Below are positions 13,130 to 26,064 of a DNA stretch of 64,000 nucleotides, one piece after another. The notes under the pieces are model-generated. The model saw only the letters and a list, made by a program, of their open reading frames with translations, was not told where the DNA came from and did not search any database. Origin of the DNA: Malacoraja senta (taxonomy: Eukaryota); NCBI GenBank assembly GCA_038087875.1, contig CM075989.1:22880001-22944000 (forward strand), read 5' to 3'. Within the stretch, counting starts at the first letter, position 1; each line of letters begins with the position of its first letter. The translations under genes were made by a program, and so were the position numbers.

Positions 13130-13763
13130 TGGCCCTGTCCCACGGGCAGGTGGTTACTGGCGGTGAAGCGCGGCGTCGCTGGAAGCGGGGTCCGCGCGGC
13201 TACCGCGAGAGCGCCGCGCGTATGCCGCGGGAGCGCCGCACGGATGCCGCGCGGGGGCCGAGTGATCTCCGTACGGCCGGTCCCAAAGCTTGCGGTAAGT
13301 AAAAAAAAATTTAACCTGTTGCCGCTGTTGCCGCGCGTATGCCGGGTGATCACCGCAGGGCCTGTCCCATGAGCGCCGCGTCGGGTGATGACGACATCGC
13401 GCAACGCTACGCGCTACGCTATGACGTCAATTCGGCTCGCGCCGCTGTGGCGGCGGCTGTGGTGGTGCTCGTCCCGCACTGGCACCGGCTGTGGCGGTCT
13501 CGTGCCGCACTGGCGGCGGCTGTGGCGGTCTCGTGCCGCACTGGCGGCGGCTGTGCGGTAGGACAACATTTTTGAACGTTGTCGACTTTTTGTCAGCACC
13601 GTGCGGTGTTGGGACCAACACCGCACGGTCCCGGCGGTGTGCGTGGGACCGACCCCGCGGGCCATGCGCGGTCTCTGGCGGTCCACGAGCGGTCCCAACT
13701 TCCTGCTTCACCGCCAGTAACCGCCAGTAACCGCCAGTAACCGCATACCCGTGAGACAGGTCT
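13130..13763. mobile_element. GC/CpG-rich Harbinger-like MITE with internal 30-bp and 10-bp tandem repeats
   Basis: Imperfect TIR tggccctgtcccacggg / cccgtgagacaggtct, with tta on both flanks. Confidence 0.75.
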
Positions 13764-14947
13764 TTAAGCCTCAGAATTGTAATGGTGAGGTTTGATTGTT
13801 TGCTGGGGGCTGATGATGAGCCGAGCCAAATCTCCCCATTCCACATTCTATCACAACTCTATCTATGTCGGGAATCTCCACGAGTGGTGCGGTAGTCAGT
13901 GGGGTCAAAGGCAGGTCGTTTTAATAACATGAGCCAAGTGACAATAGACAATAGGTGCAGGAGTAGGCCATTTGGCCCTTCGAGCCAGCACCGCCATTCA
14001 ATGTGATCATCCACAATCAGTACCCCGTTCCTGCCTTCTCCCCCTATCCCCTGACTCCACTGTGTAGACTCCAGACTATCAGGGACTAGTAGTAGAAAGC
14101 CTCGTCCCATCCAACATAACTTCATGCTCTCTCCCCCTCTCCCTCCCTCTCTTCCCCCATCTCCTCCTCTCCCTACCCCCCACCCACCGCCACCAATGTG
14201 ATGCTGCATTAAAAGCGTTTTATGTGTCAAGCTTAAGACTGACTCCACAAAATGAAGACCATCCCTTTAAGGGTGGCAGCAGTGTTAGTTGCCGACTTAC
14301 AGACCCAGAGATCCAGGTTCGATCCTGACCCCATGTGCTGTCTATACCGAGTACGTACATTCTCCCTGTGACCGCGTGGGTTTTCACCGGGTGCACCTGG
14401 TTTCCTCGCATATTCCAAAGACGTGCGGGTTTGTCGGTAAATTCTGTAAAATCCCCCAAGTGTGCAGCATGCAACAGTAGAATAACATGGAACTAGTGCA
14501 CAGCTGATTGCTGGTCGGCATGGACCCGATGGTCAGAAAGACCTGCTTCCATGCTGTATCTCCAAAGTAAACTAAACTAACCCTCTCCTAACATGATGAG
14601 ATGGATTAACTCACTGCATTGGGACCACAGATTTAGCCTTGTTTTTACTTAAATTAATAAAAAAAGGTTGAAAACACACAGCAGGTCAGGAATAAGAGGT
14701 AATCAGCATGTCCAGCAGCATCTGTGGAGAGAGAATGTGAAAGCTTTAGGTGATTATTTCCTAATGACTTTATTTCTCTCCCCACAGACGCTGCCTGGCC
14801 TGCTGATTATTTCTTATTGATTTCAGCTCCTGAGCTTTGGCCTTGGGTGGAACACTTTTGTGGCACCACACGTAGGATGATGTGACTGAGAAATAGCTGG
14901 GACTAGCAAACTAACTTAACACCGGACCCAGAATACTGAGAGCTTAC

Positions 14948-15050
14948 AGAAAGCAGCGGTATTGCAACTTTGCCGAGGAAGTCCGGTGGCTTGTCCCCGT
15001 CTTCATCGAAGACTGTAACTTCCAGAACGTCGTGGATGTCCCGAACATTG
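14948..15050 (-). CDS. MCTP2: MCTP2 coding exon (103 nt): (F)[34 protein letters not shown]
   Basis: tgcag acceptor, gtaagc donor. [20 protein letters not shown] matches MCTP2 rather than MCTP1 as recalled. Confidence 0.97.
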
Positions 15051-15839
15051 CTGCAAGAGAGGAGAGTCGGAGGCAGTTATCCAACGCGCTATACAACATG
15101 TAGCACGCAGTGCATCCTCAGCCACTAACACAAAGTACATGATCCATTCCAGCTTTCTGCAACAACCCTTCGCGTCAGTTTTTCACAAATTTAATTCACA
15201 TGATTCAGTTTTCACGTGATTCAGGGACAGTTTCTTCCCAGCAGTTATCAGGCAACTGAACCATCCAACCAACAACTAGAGTGCGGCCGTGACTTCACGT
15301 CTACCTCAATGGGGACCTTCTGACCGTCTTCAATTGTACTTTACCTTGCACTAGATGTTATACCCTTTATATCCTGTATCTGTACACTATGGACAGCTTC
15401 ATTGTAATCATGTGGCTCCTTCATGCCCACGTTGGTTTTGCAAACAGCCTCACGAGAAGGTCCAGCCACGAGAGCTCAATAACAACTCCACGGTCAGATG
15501 TGAGAATGTAGGTAACAGGGGCTTCTGGAATAAACGTGACACAAGGTGGCGTCTGGCTCAGCTAAGTGTCGTTTGTTCTTTGCTTCCTGTCCTGGGATAC
15601 AGTCGATCCTACAATACTGGGTAGTCTTCCCGCTGACTGAATAACACACAACAAAAATGCTTTTTCCTGTACCTCGCTACACGCGGAAATAATGAATTAA
15701 GCACTCCTGACTTTTGGATGTTGAAAAGGCCCAGAGGTGTTCGGAGGCACGTCAGTCACCACTACAAGGTACCCAGCCCCTAGCTTGCTCTTACAACCCA
15801 ATAATATATACGTATGGACTTTATATAGATAGAGCATTT

Positions 15840-16410
15840 AAACAGGCCATTGGCCCACTGAGTCCATGCCATCCATCGACTACCCGTTTACACTAGTTCT
15901 ATGTTACTCCCCTTTCATAACTCCCTATACATAGAGGCAATTTAACAGTGGCTAATTAACCTACAAACCCACACATCTTTGGGATGTGGGAAGAAACTAG
16001 AGCATCATAAACCCAAGCAGTGACGGGGAGAAAGTGCAAACTCCACACAGACAGCAGCCGAGGTTGGGATCGAACCTGTGTCCCTGGCGTAGAGAGGCAG
16101 CAGCAATACTGCTGCATCACTGTGCTGCCTTAAGACTGACGATGTTGAACTGCCAGAGCTGCTGCCTTATAGCGCCAGAGACACGTGTTCGATCCTGACC
16201 ACGGGCGCTGTCTGTACGGAGTTTGCACGTGACAGCGTGGGTTTTCTGCGGGTGCTCTGGGTTTCCTCCCACACTCAAAAGTCATGCAAGTTAATTGGCT
16301 TCGGTAAAAATTGTAAATTGTCCCGGGAGTGTAGGATGGTGCGGGTGTACGGGCATCGCTGGTCGGTGCGGTCATGGTGAATCGAAGGGCCTGTTTCTGC
16401 ACTGTATCTC
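15840..16410. mobile_element. Two V-SINEs head-to-head (minus 15840-16128, plus 16155-16410)
   Basis: SINE head and V-domain motifs in opposite orientations. Confidence 0.75.
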
Positions 16411-16680
16411 TACACTGGTTTTGGCAACGGTTGTGGGATCAACCAAGATATTGAGCGTAATGCTGGCTGCCCCATCACAGTGGCACGGCTAATTGACTCA
16501 TTGCCTCCCAGTGTCAGAGACCACAATCCAATCCAGACCATACAATCCTGAAATAATGTGAAAAACTGGTTCATCGCTACAGTCTTATATCAGACAAGAA
16601 GAAAATTCAATTATTCAGCATCTCTGAAAACACATTCACACGAGTAGGACAACTTTTCAGTTGTTATAAATATAACCTAC

Positions 16681-16783
16681 AATGAGAAAACTTTGTTCCA
16701 TTCGGGATTGAGATTCTTGTAGATGGTATGGGTTTGTAGACGATCGTTCCCCAGCTCCAAAACGCAAAACGGATCACTCTTTC
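16681..16783 (-). CDS. MCTP2: MCTP2 coding exon (103 nt): (G)[33 protein letters not shown]
   Basis: tgtag acceptor, gtaggt donor. Highly conserved MCTP C2C peptide. Confidence 0.97.
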
Positions 16784-18599
16784 CTACAGAGCAAGTAGAC
16801 ATTGATTAGCACAAGAGCCCATGGGTTTTACAGTAAATTAATGCGGCATTTAGTTCAAGATACAAGATACATCTATTTGTCACATGTACCAGTTGGTACA
16901 GTGAAGTGTGTGTTCACCGTACAGCCATAGAATAATAGAACACAACACAGGATAGAGTCCAACATAAAACATCCCCACACAGCAGAATCAAAGTGTCCCA
17001 CTGTGAGGGAAGGCACCAAAGTTCACTCATCTTCCTCTGATGTTCTTGATGCTCAGCACTCAGCTTAGAGATACAGCATGGAAACAGGCCCTTCGGCCCA
17101 CCCCTCACCATGTCATCCATACAGTAGCTCGATGTCCTACATACTAGGGGGCAATTTACAGAAGCTAATTAACCTAAGACGACTTTGGAATGTTGATGGA
17201 AACCCGAGCACCCGGAGAAAACCCACGCGGTCACTGGGAGAAGGTACAAACTCCATACAGACGGCACCCGTAGTCGGGATTGATCCCGGTTCCGTGAGGC
17301 AGCAGCTCTATCTACCACTTCACCACTGTAGTTTACAGATACAGCATGGAAATAGGTCCCTTGTCCCACTGTGACCAATCACCCATTCACACTCATTCTA
17401 TCTTACGCTACTTTCACAACCTTTCCCTACACATGAAAAGCAATTCAGAGGCCAGTTTAAACTGTGTACCCACAACTCTCGAGATGCACACACCTGCAGA
17501 CACACACACGCGTACACAGTAACACACACAGACTCACGCACGAATACAGACACAGGCACACACACCTTTCACTATACATCAGGAGTTCTCTGCCACAAGG
17601 AGGCCAATTCACTGGATGTATTCAAGAGAGAGTTTGATTTAGCTTTTAGGGCTGATGGAATCAAGGGATATGGGGAGAAAGCAGGAACGGGGTACTGATT
17701 CGGGATGATCAGCCATGATCATATTGAATGGCAGTGAGGGCTCGAAGGGCCTACCCCGGCACCTATTTTCTATGTTCCTATCTATAATTCTAAGAAAGAT
17801 AACTGCCAGAGGGGTGTGCGCCAAAATAACATGTGAAAGATTCTTTAAAAAAACAATTCAATTTTGCATATCTTCGAATACATATACAAGAGGCCTTATT
17901 AATGATGTCGCAGAGTCTGGTGTTTCATGTTGACATCGAGGAGGTAAAAGACACTTTCAAAGCAATAAGCCAAAGTTGAGTGTGGTGATTTTATATGATA
18001 GCGTTTCCTACGGTCAGTCCCCTTGACCTTTGCGTCAAAGCAAGGCGGACTGAGTGACCAGTCAAGGTTAAAGGTCGTTCGCTAGTTGGCATCGTGAATC
18101 TGACTGTAGTGTAGGTGACAAAAGGCACAGAATTTCAGCGCGCACACACACACATACTGTCTTACGAGGCAATGAATCATGCAGCACTTATTGGCCTTTG
18201 TTTATGAACGGGTTCACATGCTCCATTAGCAGGTAGTGCCGGCATTATTACTTCAGTGTGATGGTTTATACTGCAGCTCAAAGAGCCATCACCAGTAGAA
18301 TTCTTCCACAGCTTGTTTAAGTACTGACTAATTCGGATCGCACGCCACCATAGAGCACAAACAATAACATTTACCTCGGCAGCCTGTATCGTTTGTCCCA
18401 GCCGAAGCATGTGTTATTTATTGAAGAGATAAAAATATGGATGACAAATTACAACTAATTAAAAGGCATCGTGTTTAAGGGCTGGGATTGCTCACTGGTG
18501 CAAACAGTTCCTAATTTCCACACGTTAATATTCAAGAGGTGCACGCAGCAACCCACTCAATAAAACTGCTGCATTGACGGCCAGAATTGTCTCAAAGAG

Positions 18600-18990
18600 A
18601 ACAGAATCACAGCCGTTGGAGAGAAGCTGCTCCTGAACGTTAGTTTTCAGGCTCCTGTACCTTCTTCCCGATGGCAGGGGTGAATGAGAGCGTGGCCAGG
18701 GTGGTGTGGGTCCCTGATGATGCTGCCTGCCTTTTTGAGGCAGCGACTCCTGTAGATCCCTTCGATGGTGGAGAGGTCAGTACCCGTGATGGCACGGGCA
18801 GTGATCACCACCTTTTACAATCTTCTTTGTTCTTGGGCGTTTTGAGTTGCCGATCCAGGCCATGATGCAACCAGGCAATAGGCTCTCTACTCTACACCTG
18901 CAGGCGTTCAAGAGAGCATTCACTCCAAATCTCCCGAGTCTTCTGAATAGAGGTGTTGAATGGCTTTCTTTACGATTGCATCAATGTGCC
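18600..18990 (-). mobile_element. Rex1/Babar-type LINE fragment
   Basis: Reverse-strand similarity to 34594-34930 (gcagcgact...tttttgagg, gatgatgctgcctgcc). HIDAIVKKAIQHLY in translation. Confidence 0.7.
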
Positions 18991-19499
18991 GGGTACAAAT
19001 GAGACATCCTAGCCACATCGCACTTTTCCAAAATTGCTCAGGATCCTGAAGACTCATCATGACGAGAAATGAGGTGCAAGACCCAGTCTGAAGAAGCGTC
19101 CCAACCCGAAAGGTCATCTATCCATGTCCTCCAGAGATGCTGCCTGGCCCGCTGAGTTACTCCAGCACTTTGTGCTCTCTGCAAGATTCCAGCATCTCCA
19201 GTTCCTTGCGTCTGCAAGACCCCTTCTAGGTCTCAAACAACACAATCTGTTCACTGCCCTCAATACCCTTGCAAACTTGCAACAGACAGCAAAGCCATAC
19301 CTATACCTCAGCAAACCATCTGTCAAAGACTATCAGTTCTAAGCACAACATTCAGAGAAAATAAACTATCCAAAATGGAATCATTGAAACATTTCCTGAC
19401 CCTCGGTGCTGTCTGTGTGGAGTGCGCACGTTCTCCCTGTGATGTTGTGGTCAGTAAGTTAATTGGCCTTCACAAATTGCCCTGCGTGCTCTGGGTGGC

Positions 19500-20060
19500 A
19501 TTCGGCCCTTCGAGCCAGCACCGCCATTGAGTATAATAATGGCTGATCATCCAAACTCAGTACCCCATTCCTGCTTTCTCCCCATATCCCTTGATTCCGT
19601 TAGCCCCAAGAGCTAAATCTTAAACTCTCTCTTGAAAACATCCAGTGAATCGGCCTCCACAGATTCATACTCCTCTGGGTGAAAAGGTTTTTCCTCATCT
19701 CAGTCCTAAATGGCCTACCCCTTATTCTTAAACTGTGGCCCCTGGTTCTGGACTCCCTTAACATCGGGAACATTTTTCCTGCATCTAGCCTGTCCAATCC
19801 CTTTAGAATTATTTATGTTTCTATAAGATCCCCTCTCATCCTTCTAAATACCAGCGAACACAAGCACAGTCGATCCATTCTTTCAACATATGACAGTCCC
19901 ACCATCCCGGGAATTAACCTGGTGAACCTACGCTGCACTCCCTCAATAGCAAGAATGTCCTTCCTCAAATTAGGAGACCAAAACTGCACACAATACTCCA
20001 GGTGCGCTCTCACCAGGGCCCTGTACAACTGCAGAAGGACCTCCTTGCTCCTATACTCAA
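19500..20060 (-). mobile_element. CR1 LINE ORF2 C-terminal fragment plus UTR
   Basis: LYRALVRAHLEYCVQFWSPNLRKDILAIEGVQRRFTRLIPG. Confidence 0.92.
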
Positions 20061-20904
20061 CTACGCGCGCATATTAATAGATGAGATTAGTGCAGGACTT
20101 GTACGAGTGGGTCTTTGGTGGCCTGCCCGTGTCTATCTTCAGTGTGAAGCAACACCTGCAGTCCCTTCCCACACACACCTTCAATCCAGAGAGCTCGTTT
20201 CACTTGCGGGGATGGACTGATTTGCAGCCAAATCACATCACCAAATATTTACTCACTCTCCTAAATACAGAGTGCTCCACTTAAGACAATATTAAAACGA
20301 TGCCCCAAACATAATCAGATTTATTGCAAATCTCCACATGGTTTCAGAGATCTGGTGCCAAACTGCTCTGACTGAAAGAGTGGGGGAGGTGGGGAAAGGC
20401 TTATTATGGAGAAATCGCGCCTGACAGACAGACAAGACAGCAGCTTGATGTGTACAGGCTACAGGGCATCTATCATGGTCACCGCAGACATCATCAGCTT
20501 CCAAATCAAGGCTCTAAATTGCAAAGAATGATGACAGCAGGTGAATAAATTCGACCTCCTGCTGCAGATCACCAGCAGACAATGAAGCTGCAGTGTATTA
20601 GACTGAAATATCACAGTCCCTCCCATCCTGAGTTACAGCAACTTCATTAATACAGCTCATCTCTTCGACAAAGTCAATGCTTTGTGGATTTGTTCCGAAT
20701 GCTGCATTACTCATCTGCTTGTTGTGGTGGAGATTACATAAATTGGTCAGACGCAGTCATGTGTGGCCTCGGTTCACGCCCCTCAGCGCAGTCTTTAGGC
20801 AAAGGGATTTCGATCTCGCAACAGCTATCCCAATGGTTAATGAGGAGGATCCCTTCACAAACTGGAATGGTTTTAACCTTCTGATGCTTCTCACTAATGG
20901 CCGG

Positions 20905-21246
20905 AAGAGCCACTGCCTCACAGCACCAGAGACCCAAGTTTGACCCTGACCTCAGGTCCTGCCTGTGTGGAGTTTGCACGTGCGCGCGCGTGTATGTGTG
21001 TGTGAGTGTGAGTGTGAGTGTGAGTGTGAGTGTGAGTGTGAGTGTGAGTGTGAGTGTGAGTGTGAGTGTGAGTGTGAGTGTGAGTGTGAGTGTGAGTGTG
21101 AGTGTGAGTGTGAGTGTGAGTGTGAGTGTGAGTGTGAGTGTGAGTGTGAGTGTGAGTGTGAGTGTGAGTGTGAGTGTGAGTGTGAGTGTGAGTGTGAGTG
21201 TGTGAGTGTGAGTGTGAGTGTGAGTGTGAGTGTGAGTGTGAGTGTG

Positions 21247-21323
<77 letters not shown>

Positions 21324-21560
21324 GTGTGTGTGCGTGTGCATGTGTGTGTGTGTGTGCGTGTGTGTGTGCGTGTGTGCGTGTTTCCTCCGGGTGCTCTGGT
21401 TTCCTCCCACATCCCAAAGATGTACAAGATTGCAGGCTAATTGGCCCTCTGTAAAATTGCTGCTAATGGTGTAAGGCGTGGGACAACTTAGAACCAGTGT
21501 GAACGGGCGGCCTATGGTGGGTGTGGACTCGATGGGCCAGTTTCCATGCTGTACCCATAA
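20905..21560 (+). mobile_element. V-SINE split by a microsatellite
   Basis: V-domain gtggagtttgcacg (about 20980) resumes at tttcctccgggtgctctgg (21381). Confidence 0.8.
20981..21380. repeat. (GAGTGT)n plus (GT)n compound microsatellite
   Basis: Directly visible. Confidence 0.97.
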
Positions 21561-21819
21561 ATCTACTGAAAGGAAGTTCACATTTCCAGACGCAGTTCTG
21601 AGACGGACATTCCGACGCGATGCTGGAAAAATACTCATTTTATAAATGATGTGAGCAGTTCTGGTTGTCCCCAACACAGGAAAGATGTGGGGGCTTTGGA
21701 GGGGATGCAGAACGCTGCCTGGATAGGAGGATTTCAGCAACAGGGAGAGGTTGGATAGACTTGGATTGTTTTCTCTGGAATGTCAGAGGTTGAGGGGAGA
21801 CTTAGAGTCATAGATTCAT

Positions 21820-22380
21820 TGAGTCGTACAGCATGCCAACAGGCCCTTCGGCCCAACTTGCCCACAACAGCCAACATATCCCATCTACACTAGTCCCACC
21901 TGCCTGCGTTTGGGCCTTATCCCCCTCAACCTGTCCTATCCATGTACCTGTCTAAATGTTTCTTAAACATTGTAATAGTACCAGCCCTCAACTACCTCCT
22001 CCGGCAGCTCGTTCCGTATACCTACCACCTTTTGCATGAAAATGTCACATTTTTTGATTCATTACATCTTTCCCTCCTCACCTTAAACCTATGTCTTCTG
22101 GTTCTCGGTTCCCCTACTCTGGGCAAGAGACTCTGGGCGCCTTCCAATCTATTCCTCACATGACTTTATACTTCTCTATAAGATCACCCCCCCCATCCTC
22201 CTGCACTCCAAGGAATAGAGTCCCAGCTTGCTCACCTTTCCCCATGGCTGAGGCCCTCAAATCCTGGCTACATCCTTGTAAATCTGCGCCCTTTCCAGCT
22301 TGACAACATCTTTCCTACAACATGACGCCCAAAACTGAACGCAATACTCTAAATGCGGCCTCAACAACGTTTTATACATC
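21820..22380 (-). mobile_element. CR1 LINE 3' fragment
   Basis: YKTLLRPHLEYCVQFWASCCRKDVVKLER followed by a HER1-like tail. Confidence 0.85.
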
Positions 22381-22633
22381 TGCAGTTCCTCGTTTCTCCA
22401 GCTGTCGCTTGCCATCCTTGTTCTCACCCCAATCTCTTTTCCAGCGTTCACCCCTCTACCTCCGATGGGAACTCTACCACAATCAATCCAAAGAAGGGTC
22501 CCGACCCGCAACGTCGCCTGTCCGTTCCCTCCACAAGTGCTGCCTGACCCGCTGAGTTACTCCAGCACTTTGCGTTTTGCTCAAGATTCCAGCGTCTGCA
22601 GTTCCTTCTGTCTGCAGGGAACTCACCAGCGTG

Positions 22634-22636
<3 letters not shown>

Positions 22637-22667
<31 letters not shown>
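22637..22667. repeat. (AT)n microsatellite about 27 nt from an exon donor
   Basis: Directly visible. Confidence 0.95.
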
Positions 22668-22670
<3 letters not shown>

Positions 22671-22693
22671 TGTAAAGGTTCATGAAACAGTAC

Positions 22694-22787
22694 CTGCAAA
22701 ATCAGCAGCCAGCAGGTTACACGCTTTGATCACTTGTACTTGGAGAAAGCCAATGTCACTCATATCTTGGAAAGTGTTTCGCAACCT
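22694..22787 (-). CDS. MCTP2: MCTP2 coding exon (94 nt): RLRNTFQDMSDIGFLQVQVIKACNLLAADFA
   Basis: cccag acceptor, gtact donor. GFLQVxVIKAxxLLAAD marks the start of C2C. Confidence 0.94.
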
Positions 22788-23800
22788 CTGGGATCAAAAA
22801 TAAAAATAAAACACTCACTGAATTGTACAGAGAGAAATTCCCCAGCTCATCCCCCTCGCCAGGCACCACACTGTGATTATACATAACTTTCATATTTTCT
22901 CATGACACATGAGGCCGTTGATGTCAACACCATCTCACACGGTCATATTATTAGCCCCATCCCCACCGGTTTATCACTTGTGCCCAACACCCCCTGCTTC
23001 CCCACACTTCCGCAGGAGCAGTTTACTTCAGTTTAATGTAGAGATACAGCGCGGCCCACCGAGTCGGCACCGACCAGCGATCCCCGCACATTAACACTAC
23101 CCTACACACCCTAGGGACATTTCTTTACGCTTATACCAAGCCAATTAATGTACAAAGGAAACTGAAGATCCGGGAGAAATTCCACGCAGGTCACGTGGAG
23201 AACGTACAAACTCCACACCGACAGCACCCATAGTCGGGATCGAACCCGGGTCTCTGGCGCTGTAAGGCAGCAACTCTACCGCTGCGCCACCGTGCCGCCC
23301 AACTTGGACAGTAATTTATAGAAGCCAATTAATCGATCAACCCGTGTGTCTTTGGAAGGTAGGAAGACGATAGATCGCCCCACAGAAACTGGGAGAAGGT
23401 GCAGACTCCACACAGACAGCACTGCAGGTCAGGATAGACTCAGATCACAATAGTTGAGAGGCAACCGCACTACCCGCAGCATGTGTGTGCCACACTACAA
23501 ATAGAGCTCCGCTGGGAATTCCTCTGCTCTCTCGCTGTGAAGTTAGCCGAGGTGGGAGCGCAGGTCCGAGACATGTTTGGCCAAAGTTAGGCTCTTCAGA
23601 ATAGCACCTGTTTGTCCTCTTCCATGCCAACTGTGTTTAATTGAGCTAAGATCATTTGACGGGCTGACAATTCACTTCAAGACTTTTTGTTTTGCAAATG
23701 CAAAAGATTAACTTCATCTCCAGAGTTTTGGCGACTGAATTATTTTGTAGACACGAGTCTTTTAGAGAAAGCTTAAATCATAACAAGAAAATCCATAATA

Positions 23801-24080
23801 CAGGTCCACCATATATTTTCCGGCAACTGGTGATCTGCCCCTTCCTTTAATCCAGACAAACCCCCCCCCCTCAATCTCAACCTCATCAGGACTTCAGCGG
23901 CCGATCGGCGGGTCAAACTGCCCCCTGCGGCCGGATCTCTGGAACTCCGGCCCAGCTGGAGCCGGCATTCCGACTTTGCGCGCCGGTATCACTGTTGCCG
24001 CGACCTCAGTTGGTCCGGCAAAACGGATAATACGGCAAGGCTCTGGAACCAAGGGTGCCGGAAAATCGGCGGTGGACCTG
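23801..24080. mobile_element. Tc1/mariner (pogo/Tigger-like) MITE
   Basis: TIR caggtccacc...ttttccggca / tgccggaaaa...ggtggacctg. Flanks ta / tg (probable mutated TA TSD). Confidence 0.7.
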
Positions 24081-24224
24081 TGCCATGAACTTGGCCTTCA
24101 ACACAGTTACTGAAGATAAAACCGGTGCTGAGAGGGGCGACAGCACAATTAGTCCAACACATTCACGTAGGAGGCCCAAACGTACCACATCCTTTGACCC
24201 GTTGAAACCTGCGCCATTACTTAC

Positions 24225-24411
24225 GTATCTCTCAATGATCTGATGCTTCTCAGTCGGATCGTCGAGCAGGCTGATGCACGGGTCTGAGATGCAGACTCCA
24301 CTACATGCTGAAAACGTCACCAGCAGAACGACCGATCCCGCTCCATTCTCCAGCGGCAAGTCCAAATGGCTGACATGTTCCTTGGGCAATGTCAAAAGAT
24401 CAACCCTGCAC
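24225..24411 (-). CDS. MCTP2: MCTP2 coding exon (187 nt): (V)CRVDLLTLPKEHVSHLDLPLENGAGSVVLLVTFSACSGVCISDPCISLLDDPTEKHQIIERY
   Basis: atttcag acceptor, gtaagt donor. Overlaps track ORF 24006..24395. End of C2B plus linker. Confidence 0.94.
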
Positions 24412-26064
24412 CTGAAATATTCGGACAGACAGTAAATCTCTACGGAAATCTACATCGACAGGAGATGCACATCTACTTAAGATATTTGGACAAGTACATG
24501 GATAGGATTCATAAAGTCATAAGTCCTGGGAGCATAATTGGGCCATTCAGCCCGTCGAGTATACTCCACCATTCAATCGTGGCAGATCTATCGTTCCCTC
24601 TCAATGCCATTCTCCTGCCTTCAGCCCATAACCCCCGACACCCTGCCTCAACTACCTGCTCCGGCAGCTCTGCATAGCTGTAGCAAACTTGAGGAATTGC
24701 AAGAGAAAAGGAAGAGACAATAGACAGGTTCACAAGTTAAAGGAGTAGAATTAGGCCATTCAGCCCATCGAGTCTACTCCGCCATTCAATCATGTCTGAC
24801 CGCTGCCTCCTAATCCCATTTTCCTGCCTTCTCCCCATAACCCTTGACACCCGTACTAAAAAAGAATCTGTTAATCTCCGCCTTAGAAATACCCAATAAC
24901 TTGGTCCACAGCCGGCCATAGGTTTAGAGGGATATGGGCCAAACGCAGGCAGGTAGGACTAGTATAGTTGGGGCACCTTGGTGGGCATGGGCAAGTTGGG
25001 CCGAAGGATCTGTTTCCGCACTGCATGACTATGACTCTGCAATCAGAGAGAACATCCCAATTTTGTAGCGGCACATTCAGAAACATACGACTGTAAATCT
25101 AATTTAAAGAAATGAAAATAACCCGAGTAGTCTGTGCATGAAAACTTGTGGTCTCAACTTCCATGAGGGTTGAAAGCTTGTGAATGAACTGAATGGATTG
25201 TCATCCCTCATACATGGAGGAAGAGAAGGACATTCATCAAGGGCACGGAAGGAGGGGACTAAATTTGGCAAATACTCAGGACGAGAGATTCAACCTCCTA
25301 TTGTGTGTTACTTCAGTCAGTGAAAGTTGTTGACCAAATGGGATGGGGGGAAAAAAAGGGAACAATTTCAAGATAAACTCAAAACACCATAAGACATAGG
25401 AGCACAATTACGCCATTCGGCCCATCGTGTCTGCTCCGCCTTTCAATCATGGCTGATCTATCCAATGGTATAAATATTGAATTCTAACCTTGTTACTTAT
25501 TACATCTCCTCTCCCCCCAAAAGTCAAAGTCAATGTGAAAGTCATTTGTCAAAGCCCCACCCCCCCCCCCCCTCATTACTCCACCCTAGTCTTTTTACCA
25601 GCTCCATAGTTCTCCACATTTTTTCTCTTGAGATCACACCTTCCCTAACCAACAATGGACCTACCAGGCACCACCCTGCCCGAGGTCATTTGTGGCCGGC
25701 CTTGATGGGTCCTGGTCTTTTCTCGCCTCCAGTCTGAAGAAGGGCCCCGACCCGAAACGTCATCCGTCCTTTCACTCCGGAGATGCTGCCTGACCCACTG
25801 GGTTACTCCAGCATTTGTCGATCTTTTCACAATACCTCCCTCCACACACATGACAAATCAAATGAGCCCAGATTCACGAGGGACACATTCAATGGGCCAA
25901 TTAACCCACCACGTCTTTGGGGTGTTGGAAGAAACCCAAGTGATCGTGGGAACGTGCAAACTCCACACAGACAGCACCAGAGGTTGGGATCGAACCTGGG
26001 GTTGTAGGAGTTGGAGGCAGTGGCACCACATTGCCACACATCATTGTGCTGGTCTTATTCTAAA

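Noticed and set aside
13000..13846. Cluster of Arg/Ala/Pro-rich ORFs suggesting a gene or transposase
   Set aside because: Stop-poor GC-rich MITE interior with no recognisable domain.
20734..21740. Longest ORFs in the track (227-262 aa)
   Set aside because: Microsatellite translations.
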